Below are positions 26,801 through 38,800 of a stretch of 64,000 nucleotides of DNA, in pieces (positions within the stretch are counted from its first letter, which is position 1; each line of letters starts with the position of its first letter). Position numbers and translations under genes: made by a program. Under the pieces are notes generated by a model. That model was given only the letters and a program-made list of their open reading frames with translations. It was not told where the DNA came from and did not search any database. Source of the stretch: Podarcis vaucheri (taxonomy: Eukaryota); the NCBI GenBank assembly GCA_965113315.1, contig OZ220372.1, one strand, 5' to 3'.

Positions 26801-29800
26801 GCCGAATTTTAAATTTTGTTGAGGGAACCCATATTTCAAGATCCGAAGGGGGATTCTGATCATCTTCTTGCTACTGTGTTAATGTCCAAATCAGTCCAAA
26901 CAAAGTTCATAATTCTATCCAGACTTACCTTGCTGTTTCCACATCACATCTTGTTCATATATTTTCTCTTTTTTCTTTATGATCTCTTCTGATAGTCTCC
27001 TTAAGCCGGTAAACACTAATAATAATCCTGTGTGGGTTTTTCCGTTCTTCCAGTCCTCAAATCGAGATGGTTTCCATATATCATTGCCTTCATAGATAAC
27101 AACGCTCTTTCCATCATTAATTACAGTCCCACTGCGGAGTTTCATCCACAATATAAAAACAGCTCTATTTCTCTATTTCTCCTCTCAGACTTAAGTCCTC
27201 CGACATAACTTCCCAATATGGCGACGGTAATTTTAACTGCGTCATTCCAAAGCCCTTATACATTCCACGCTCTTCTTAAAACATGCTCTGGTTCAAAAGT
27301 TTATCTCCACACAGCCTTAAATCCACAGCTTAAGTCCTTAAAACGACATTTCTGACTTGTGGGTGGGGGGGATTCTTGTTTAATCACATAAAGGTAAGAA
27401 AGGAAAGTTTTTCCCCCCTCCCGCATCAGTCCCTTTGCCATACCGAGTCTTGGCGTATCTTTTCATGATCTATACTTGTTCCTCCGACTCGTCTTGTTTT
27501 ATCAGAGGTCTCTTCTGTTAGCAGTCTTTACTCCCCCTTCTTCCTTGAAATATGTGCATTAGCTTCATCCAAATTATTTCTTTTGAAGTTCTTGCAGCTA
27601 GTGGCGCGGATCAGAGACGGCGTCCAGGAGTGCCGAAATCCCACAGGAGGGCATTGTGCCTAGTGCCCCCATCCCCACAAATTCGGGGGTGGTATAGGGC
27701 ACAGCAGGCAAGGGCAGTCCCCCACCATAATCCTGGGGGGGTAGGGAGGCTATTTACTCCCATCACAGCCTCCAATTTACCTCGTGTGGGTCGGAGAGAT
27801 GTTATTGTCAGCCATCTTCTGATGCGCCCCTAGTGGTCCCCCCAGCAAAGCTGTTTTTTCAGGGTTTCCCCTCTCCAACTTTAAGATGCTGTGGTGTGTG
27901 CAGAATCATTTGAAATAGGATGGCCTTGCATATGCTAATACTGGATTTGGGAAGGCTGCTTAAGGAGAGGCCTTGGCTTTCTACAGTGGATACTCATCAG
28001 TGCTTTGCTTCGGTATCTGAAGCTTAAGAGAATTGATGTGATCCCGTGAATAACTGCGGGCAAATTAGTGCCCTGAATTTTTTTAAAAAGAAAAGGAATA
28101 TTCTGGTGAACTTTATTTTGTTTGTTTGTGTTTTTCATAGCCTCTGCCATCAGTGGCTTCTACAACGGTTACTGGAATGGCATCTGCCCCAGAACAGTCT
28201 ACAAATACTGGTAAGAACCTTTTGGAATGAACAATGTCTGAACAAGAACACTTGCTGTCTGCTGTTTGTTATATTAGAGGTTTGTTCATGAATCCTGTGC
28301 AAAAGGATTATAATCTCAAAAATATTGGCTTTTGGAATTCTACCTCAAAACAAATGAATAATAATTAAAAAACACCCAAGTGATTATGTGAATGGTTTGA
28401 CACGGGGTGAAAGTACGAATGCTCTTAAGCAGTGACTAAAATGATCTGTAGGGTTCATTCTTTTCCCAGTAGCTTTTATGGGTAGCACATTCCCTTTTGC
28501 TCTTTAACAATGATTTGATTGTACTGTGGTCACTCAGGCATTGTAAATATTCAGGCTGTGCACCAGATTTGGCTGAAGCCTGAACTGAATTGGGCCAGTT
28601 AGGGAGGAGGGGAATCCTAAGTTGGGTAGAGGCAGCACCAGACTGAGCCAGGTTGGGCTGCCTGGAACAATCTGGGACTGTTAGGGAGTGGGACATTGGT
28701 TGGGATGCAGGAGAGGCAGGGAGTCTGTTTCTCCAGCAAACTCCCCGCAGGGAATGTGCTGGGGAAGCTGACCCCTGAAGGATTGAATTCTCTGCTAAGC
28801 ATCTAAAACAGTATTCATTTTGCAAGTCTCTCTTGCTGTTGTAATCTTACCTGATTTCCTCCAGCACACCAGCAGCTCCTTCTGCTGAACCCGAACAGGG
28901 ATTTGTGTTGCCATACAAGGCCCTATAAAGAAAGTGCCTACAGTGGGTCTGGCTTCTGCCGCCTCCATCCACACTACTCATTGCTCCCATCATCAGCCTC
29001 AACAAGTTCCCTTCCTGCCTATCTTACCCTTTAAGCAAGCACCAAGCACATCCCATGGATGCTGCCGGGTCTTGGGAGTTCAGGCTTCTCCCACCTGTGC
29101 CATTCCTTGCTGCCACCCAGCTGTCCCTTGAGGCCTTTCAAGTGGAACACACTGCATCTTCCTTGCCAGCCTCTGCTTTTGCGGTACCTCTCAGATGGTG
29201 AGGGAAGCAAGCGCTGTGTCTCTTTCCCCACCCATGAACAGGAGGTTTCAGTCCCATTGACTTTCAGCTCTGCTCTGCCAGTGTGCTCCTTGTGGGAAAA
29301 GGTCTGGTGGAGCAGCTCCCAGCAGAATTAAATCCTCCTGCTCTGGGGTGAGGTAGGAGATGCAGAGTTTGCTCCTTTCCTCTCCACTCCCCCAGTTGAT
29401 TTGGGGCTGGATCTGGGCCTGGTGTTTCCCACATTAGCCCAGTTTTTTTGGAGGGGGGGCATGCACAGCCTTAGGAAATAGGTCATTGTTTTCCCATTGC
29501 AACTTTAGTGTAAAGTTCTTTTCTCTTGTAAGAATTGCTTGCACTTCTCTTCCAATAGGGCCTAATGAGTTAATATGTTAGTAATTCCTTTAGGCTTCTC
29601 TTGGGTAGACAAGCAACATTTCTGCCAGTAGAATCCTGTCATGTGTTGTCAAAGCCAGTATGAAAATAATCAGTTTTTGTTAAGGAAATGTTCGAATGAG
29701 GTACTACATGCCTTTTTGTAGAAGGTGAATTCTGCGTGTTCCCAAAACAAAGCCCCCACCTAGCCCTGGTTAACTAGAAAAAAGTAATATGACTTAACTG

Positions 29801-32800
29801 AAAGTGTTAAAACAGTTTTGTAACAGCTTCCTTTGATTTAATTAGAGGAACACATTTTTGATTGACTTTTCTTGGAGAATTTTGTTCACGAACACAGTGA
29901 GCAAAAAATTGAATTGCAAATCCTCTTCCCACTTTTCCCCATTTCAGATTCTCAGGATGCAGGAAGCAGCTCCACAACTACCACCTCAGGAGTTGCAGTT
30001 CTTAAGATGGGTCGTTTTCAGGTATTCTACAGCATTTTGTTGTGTCTACCCTAGCTACTGTGTGACTTCTATGGTTCTTATTTTATAGACAGGGAGCTGA
30101 GACTGGGACAATATTGTACAACTGTTATGGCTGCTCTGGCCCATCTGCATCAACAACACTCTTGCCCTTTAAGCATTACTAGCATTCTTCAAAAGACGTC
30201 CATCTTGTCTCATTATCCATTTTCTGCTTTCATCTTGTGACTATGTTATTTGGTGTCAGCACATGTTTTTATCAGAAAATGATCTAATGCAGTGGTTGGC
30301 TCCTTTTGGAGGGAGAACTGTTTAAAATTGTTCTGACTTCTTATGTGAAGCCTTGGCACAAACAACCCTTAGTTCCTGTGCCTTACTGTAACTGTAACTA
30401 AGCCTATACATGTGAAGCAGATCCACATATTTTTCTGTTTAACCCTGCTTCCACTTTCTTTCCCTTTTTGTTCTGCGTCCCCTGTGTCAAATTTCAGACT
30501 CAGCTGCTCAAGGCAGGAACCTATCTTCTTACACTTTGTAAAGTGCCATTCTGTAAAGGTGCTCTGGCTATAATACTGTATGTCTCTATTGTCTCTAGGT
30601 GTCAGTAGCTGTGGATGAGCAGAAAGAGAGTGGAAGTAAGCCCAGGCACTTCGACACAAGCAGCTCAGATTCCTCATCTTTGTCTAGCAGCAGCAGCCCT
30701 GAGAGTACTCTGGTGAAGCCAACCTCCAGTGGGATAGCCGAGGCCATTGCTGTTACCTCTGCAGATGTGGTGGATGGAGTTTTTTCACACACTTCCACCG
30801 CCAATTTGCAGCCAACCAAGGTTGGGCGTTTCCAGGTGACGACGACAGCAACAGACCAAGTGGGCCGGTTTTCTGTGTCTAAAACTCAAGATGAGGTGAC
30901 CTGTGTGGAGAGAGAGGCTCCTGCAATAGTCCCTCTGACTGTAAACTCTGAGCACGTTTCTTCTCCCATCAAAACTCCTAAACCAGGGCTTATCGCGAGA
31001 AGGCATTCTCTGCACCTGAATGGGCCATCGTCTGAGCTGGAAGCTGCCTTCCTGAGTGGTGCAGCTAAGGAGCAAGATGATGGCTCAAGGAGTCCAGACT
31101 CTCTCCATCCACCTGGGTCAAAGATCAGTCTTCCAGTTCAGAGCCTTAGCAACTCATTCAACTCTTCCTACATGAGCAGTGATAATGAGTCGGACATAGA
31201 AGATGAAGACTTGAAGTGCGAGCTGCGCCAATTGCGAGAGAAGTAAGTCCTCTAGCCCCACCCCACCCAGACTTTTTTAAGAGGACATAATGAGTAGAAG
31301 CATGACTTGATTGAAAGTTTTATCCCGTGTAGTGGGACTAAAAACAGTTATCTGCAGTCAACACTTGCAGGGAATTTGTATAGTGAGGTCTACAATATTT
31401 GTCCCCTGTTTTTCTAGTGGAATGAGTGTTTCCTTGCAATTAACATCTCCTTATTAATGGATAGGCAGCTGAGGATGAGAAAATAGGAGCTTCTCTGAGA
31501 GTTCACAGCAGAGGCAAGATTTGAACTGGAGATGTCTGGGACACTGTTCAGTCTTAGGTGCTAAAAATGCATGAGTGGACTAGATGTCTAGCTCTTTAGT
31601 GTTTTATGAGTGGACTAAAGTACAGAGCTCCCATGCTTCTGGCTTTCTTGCTTTAGCTAATTGCAAATTCAGGTGATTCAGTGTTGAGAATTTCATTCCT
31701 CCTGTGCTGCAGATGTGTGTGTGGGATTGTTACATGTCACATGTCTGTTTACATTCCAACACTGATTGTTGGAGTCTTGGGAGAGGAAATTGAGATACGC
31801 TGTTTCTGCTCTGTATAGCTTTTGCTTTTGCAACTCTCTCCGAGGAACAAAGACAGAGAGGAGCCATGTTTTCTTCGTTCTGTTACGTTTGATTTAATTT
31901 GCAATAAATTAGGCTTAGATGTTACTCCTGAAGGCTGAGCTTCTGTTTTGAACTCTGCTTGTCATGTTCTCGTGTCCCTGAATATGGACCACATCAGCTT
32001 GACGGGAGACCGGAGTGATGAATCCTGGGCGACACTACCTTGGGGGGAGGCACCAGGCCTCAGCGTTCATAAAAGAATTAGAGAAACAGTTCCAAAACTG
32101 CCTGGAAAGAACCTCTGGGCTTCCAGGATACTTTGGGCAGTTGAGCCAAGAGAGGAAAATGGATCTGAAGCCAGGGGTGGGGATCTTGTGACCTTCCAGA
32201 TGTTCTTGTACTCCAGTTCCTATCATCCCTGTCAACTGGCCATGCTGGCTTGGGCTGATGAGCTTAGTGTGTTATCTATTTATTTCTTTTTTAAAAAACA
32301 GACTCAGGGCACGTTGCAGTGATTAAAACATAATGAAGCACAAGAAAATAAATCAACACAATTAAGTAAAGTATCAACCATCTGTCCATATATTAATATA
32401 TAGGCCAAACCTTAACGTTCTTGAAACACATGGTGGTCCAAGGTTCCCCATTTCTGATTCAAAGGAACCAGGCTCATCTAGTATCAGTGAACTCTAGGAG
32501 TAGGCAGTTGGCAGTGGGAGAAAATGAAGGGCAGGGGAAGAGAATTTAACTACTGATGGTCCATGTGTTTTACAGTAAATGTCCACTTTTCCCACTTCCC
32601 TCTCCTCCCCACCCCCTTTATATAGCTATAAAATCCTTAGTACAAAAGGAGAATGCTGGGGTGGATTTTTTCTCTCCCCTTTTCCTCCTGAAACTATTTG
32701 CTTCTCCCCCTTCGCTAGCCTGCCCTGAACTGCCCTGCACTGTTGCATGCTGTTTGGAGCACTCCTCTGAGAGGGTGGTAATCCACTGTCATACTGTGTG

Positions 32801-35800
32801 CAGCCCTAGTTGTATGGGATAACGCCTAGATAAATAGCTTCTAATCTGGGTTCACTTCTTGTCCATCCATTATTGGGATGATTTAGTGGTATGAAAAGTG
32901 ACACATATTTCCTTTCCTGTTCATTTAGGCACCTTAAAGAGATCCAAGAGCTTCAAAGTCGCCAAAAGATGGAGATTGAACTGCTTTACACGAAACTGGG
33001 CAAGGTACCTCCAGCAGTAATCATCCCTCCTGCCGCTCCTCTGTCAGGCAGGCGAAGAAGACCTACTAAAGGAAAAGGCAGCAGATCCAGCCGCAGCAGC
33101 TCCCAGGGTAACAAGAGCCCTCAGATTTTGGGTAAGACACTTTAGAAATGGCCATGGGTTGGGTAAGTTGGCTTTGTGTAGTGTCTTGTGACTTTTTGTT
33201 TAATACGGGCTGCTTAATATGGGCTCGACTGGCTACCATGAACTCTCCATGAACTCTCCTACTGCAAATTCTCCTTCCAACTGCCACTGATCTTTATCCC
33301 ACTTCCTTCAAGGAGCTCAGAGTAGTGCACATGATCGCTGCCTCTCTCTTCCTTTTGTAATGTAGATTAAGCTGAAAGCAGGTGGCTGGCTTTCTGTTTC
33401 TTAGTGAGCTTTATGTCTCACTGGCAACTTGAACCAGGGGTGGGGATATTTTTGTACTTGGCTGGCCAAATCCTTATTTCCCCACGCCTGGTGAACCAAA
33501 TTTGACAGGTGTGTGGGGTGCCTACCTCTCAATCACCTGACATCACTACAATGCCACGTGACATTGTACTTTGAAGCCCTTCAAAGCACACTGGGGGCCC
33601 TGTTGGACCAAGATATGCCTGCAGGTCAGAGGTTCCCCAACCCTAGAAACCCAGGTCTCCTCAGCTCACGTTCAGCTGTCTTTATCCACAACACCACTCA
33701 AGTGTTATGCAAAACGTAAGCACCAAAGTTGTATTCCATAGCCTTTTCACTGTGCATTTTAGACTTTAGATGAAAACGCAAGAAGTGCTGAGGGATTGTA
33801 TTGGGCAAAGCAAGACTTCCTGCAGCATTTTCTGTGGGGTATGTGCAGTGAAGACATGCAGTTAATGTGTTCATTGTTTACTGCCTTGTAGATTTTACTT
33901 TTAAGGTGTGGAATGTAAATATAACTAATTAGTTCTCTGTTACCGTACCCACTAGAAACAGGTGGATGCTGAGTCTTAATTTGTGTGCATTGCCCTTGTT
34001 GACAGAGTAGCCACAAGCAGCAGTATAGCAGTCCTGTGAAAGCTTTTCATTTTTTTGGCCTGTGTTCATTTCTCCCATTAGCTGTTGCGGGTTTCGGCCT
34101 AGTTAATATCTAAAGCAGGGAACCTCTGGGCCACAGGCCTAATCAGGCTCCCAGTTTGGCCTACAAGGCCATTTCCCTCCATGCCATGCCGACCTACCGC
34201 ACACACAACATAATCAGATGTGATGTCAGGTGAGGGGCAGGTAGAGCCTTAAAGTGCATTCCCAGTTGTGCATTGGCAAGGGAGATTTGTTGTCATGGCT
34301 GAAGAGCTGATTGGCAGGAAGAGCAAGCCTGCTGGGGTTGGACTGCACAGTTGATCCCTGCATGGGAAGTTCTGTTGGCTGACATAAGGTAGTTCAAAGC
34401 CCTTTTTTCTGCAGGAATTGTCTCTATTGTAGTGTAGAGCAGCTTATCGCTGCAAAAAGCATGTTTGAAGTTGCTGCCTATCAACTGATAAGTGGCAACT
34501 TCAAGCCCACTGGATTGTATTTGCTACCATGTTTCCTGGTAGCACAGCTGGTCTATGCAGAAACCAGGCACCCACCAGTTAAAGTGGGCCACTGGAGTTG
34601 GGGTAACCCACAACTAGGCCCCCCCAGCTGGATCCAGTTCCCTACCCCTGATCTAGAGTTTCCTTTCATGTGCCAGAGGTCATCCTTAAGAAGTGAAATA
34701 TGAACACTGTGCATTTGGGATGGGAAAACTTAAGTACCCATCATGTTGCCAGTGTCCTGATTTGCTTCCCTCTCTCCCTAGGCAATCTGTCTGCTCAGAG
34801 TGCACCTTCGGTCTTGCCCCAACAGCAGACCCTCCTCCCTCCTGGCACTGTCCAAGAGACAGGACAGAACCATCTGTTACAGCCTCTGAAACCATCTCCT
34901 TCTAGTGAGAACCTCTACTCTGCCTTTACTAGTGATGGTGCCATTTCTGCGCCAGGCCAAGGTAAATGTTGTAGATTAGCAGCATGGAAAGAAACATGAC
35001 TGGGTGCTGAGGTGGGGGATTAAATATCCTGCTACATTTCAGATTATCTCCTTCGTAGGATGAAGCTGTGAGGCCTGGGACACTCCGGCAAGTAAAATTA
35101 AGGATATGACAGTGAAGGTTGCCCTGTATGTTTTTGCACCTTCCACATCAAGGAGAGATGATGGAGGGGAAGAGCTTGAGGCAGATAGTGCAATATGTTC
35201 TCCCTGATAAATTGGGAGCTTGTCAACTTTATTTGCACAAGTTAGAAGTTTATCATGGTCCCTGAGAGACCATATTTGAATTTGCAGTTTGCATGCATAA
35301 CATACTCATTTCTGACACACACATTAATGGTGTGGGTGGAGTGGCTTCAAGACAAGGAGGTGGATATATCAATACAATAACAGAATATGCTACTGCTTCT
35401 TCCAAGTCACCTTCCTAATGAGAAGGGAGCTTCTGCTCATTCCTTTTTAACCATATGAGCCCTACTAACCTGTACCTCGTGTGTCTTTCAAGTTGTGCAA
35501 TGTATTATGTCAATGTGTGCATTGGCTGTTTTATATCACTTGTGGCATGCAACCCTGTTCCTGCTGGATTAACTATTGGAGGATAGCTCTGTTCCAGTTG
35601 AGGAAACAAACATGATTTTGAGAGTGGGGGTGGGGGAAAGAAGAGTCCTGGCTCCTTGGGTCTTGCAAATGCTCCTCTACCAGTGAGGTTCTTTTCTCTT
35701 GTGTCTTGCTAGTGCATTTCACCACCAGCTTAAAGAGTTTTCTAACATCTTGTAGTTGTGTTCTGTCTCTCTTCTCTTCTCCTTGTTCTTCCCCTCTTTT

Positions 35801-38800
35801 ATTTTTGTTTTATCACAGGGTGTGTGAAGTTTAACTGTGCATCTGAGCGGGTGACATTCAAGCCTGGTGGCAGGAGGACCCGATTTCTGAGTACGCCCTG
35901 CTTGGCTCTTTGTGTGTAACACCTTTACTCCTTCCTCGTCTTTTTGTTTTCTGCTACTTGGATCTGTTGTCACATGCTGTCCATTCACATCTGCCTTCTT
36001 GTGTCTCTCCAACCCCAGGGCTTGGCTGAGTTGCTCTTAAGTATATCCTCCAGAAAGCTGTCTTTAAAAAAATGATTGTGCTGCTCAGCCAAAAGGCTAC
36101 AATGATAGTGGCTTATGTTTTTCAAGTTTTAATGATGCTTTGGGTAGCAAACTCCTTTCCTCAGCTTATAGTCTTCCCTGTAGTAACTGCAGGGAAGGCC
36201 ATGATAGAACCTTTCCTAGTGGTTCAGCTGGGGTTCTGTGCAGACCTGGGCCAGTTTGCATAACTCTGAAGAGGCACAGCCAGCTGTTTATTTGTTTGGG
36301 CAGAGTGTGTATGTGGCAGTGACTGTCACTGCTTCAACATGCATAGCAGCAATTCAGGGTTGAGGGCTGTGTCTACTGTTGAATTGGTGCTCATGATGGA
36401 ACACTTCATAGAATCGTAGAATTGGAAAGGTTCCCAAGGGTCATCTAGCTCAACCCCTTGCAGTGCAGGAATCTCAGCTAAAGCATCCTTGACAGATGTC
36501 TGCTGCTTTTCCACCAAAGGACTTGAAATCAAGACGACAGTCCAGGAAGCAGTGACTAGTATCTACTTTTGGAGCTGTGGGCATTGTACCTTGTTGTTAC
36601 TCCTGTTGGAGGGAATTGCTAGCTTTTTTTGCCACTTCACCCCACCTCAATTCTTAGCAGAGGAAAATGTTTAAGATCCCCATCTCTTGACTAAAATAGG
36701 AACCTGGGAAGGGATTATTTGTATTAGCTCATGAGTTGCATAGAAATATGATCAGCTTAGCATATGGGTGCCTTATTCAGGTTTAGACATGCAAAACCTA
36801 CTTCATGCTTCATCAGTTTTAGTTAGAAGAGTGACTTGTGGGAATGTATGCTTGAATGGGAAGGGCCAATGTTTGAGAAAGGGTATTCCTTCCCTCTTCC
36901 TGTGCTTTGGAAGGGAAATGTAATCCCTTAATAATTGGGATTAAGATGCTTCCAGCATAAATATTTCTTGTGCTGCTTCTCATGTGTTGCTTGGCACACT
37001 GTCCTTGCAGAGTGTAAAAACATGTTCAGCCTGCTTTGCTGGAGCTGTGTATTACACTTCTGAAATTAATGGTGTTTAAAGGACTATAAGGCACTTAACA
37101 AATAATATAGACCTAATAAAAGGATTAAAATTATAGCCAAAGGAATATAAAAATAGCTCTAAAAATAGCTGTTCTACATACATTTGATTGGGTCTGTCTC
37201 CAACTTCTACTGAACTAGACAGGGCCATGGAAATAGGTGTAAATGGATGGGTCGGTTGTGCTGTGATTCTCCAGCAGTTTGACTTCACCCCCGGAGGCAC
37301 ACTCCATTGTCTCTCAAGACAGACAGATGCCAACAACATGTGTCTATTGAATTGTGTGCTTATGCTGCAGATAGAATACTTTTTTTCCTGGGTGTGCAAA
37401 TTGTATTCTTCTTCCCAGACTTAAAAAAACCAGCAGGATCTTGGGATCCTATTTTTGAAGAGCATCTGTCCATGTACACTGAGCAGCAGCTCAGCCACGC
37501 CAGGGATTTTTCTGTGCCTGTACCTAATGAGCCGAGCAGCAGATTCCAAGACAGCCTTGCACAAGGACAGCTACAATGAAAATCATAAGATAATGATATT
37601 TGACTTCAGAGAAGTTAAAAGAAACTACCTTTTTAGGATTTGAACTTGCAGCACTGCTTTAGCCTCATCGTACTTGGTTTTTAGTTGCTTGGGGCAACTG
37701 GAGTACTCTAAGTCATGCATATTTATTCTTATTTAAAGTATTTATATCCTGCCTTTCAATCCATATGAATCTATAGGGTGGGTGGCCAGCACCCATCATA
37801 AAAACTCTTGCAGAACATGCAGCTCTTCTCCCCATCTCAGGCTTCTTAACTGGAAATCTCAATGTGGACAGTATAAGGCAGATCTGAAAGGATCTGCAAA
37901 AAATAGTGATAAAGGCAGGACTAAGAACTAGCTTCTCCCAGAAAACATTGAATTGCAATAAAAGATTAATAAGAGATCAAGGAGTAGTCATCCTTTATTA
38001 TTGTGGTGGATAATTAATTAATAGCAAAGATACGGCTAATCTTGCTGCACACTTGCTCTAGTTTTAATGTGGCTGTTGAACGGGAGGTACCTTTGTGAAG
38101 TAAGATCCATGATGGGGAGACAGAAAATGCTACTTTGGTCTCTGGAAGTAATGGCATATGTGCAGTACCCTCTGCTGCATCCCTCAGTTTATTGCAGCTG
38201 TCCTGTAAAACAAGGCAGCACTTGTGGAAGCACGGCTTGGCTTGATGCTCAGTTTGTTTACAAATTTCTTGTTTTACTGGATTTTGACCCGACATCCTAT
38301 CACAGATTCTGGGATGGTGGGAAAAGGTTTCTGTTAGAAGTTAGAAGACTGGGCACAAATAACGGGTGGGTTTCTTGATAGCTGGAGAAGAAGTGGAAGA
38401 GATTCAACAGGTATGTCCCTACCTCTGGTGGCACTGATGTTCCAGGAAATAGGGAATCAGAGAATGTCAGAATAGAGCCATTATAACGTACTCTCAAAAC
38501 TTTCAGTGAGAAGGAGAAATCTGATCAGCTGGGCATAAATTAAAGATTTAGTCCAGTGTTCAGTTCAGGATTTGTTTGACTTTCAGTTCGAACTGGACTG
38601 AAGCTTTGTCTCCTCCAATCAGTAAGAGTACCTGAACTGTTGTCTGAGACTCACTCAGTCTAACTCACCAAAACCTACTTAATATTGGATGAAATGATTA
38701 GGCCACAATCTTAATACATGTGAGAGATACAGGTGCACAAACTAAATGTGAATATTGATGCAGCTCCTCCAGTTGCCACTGTGTGTCTTGCTAGAAAAGT

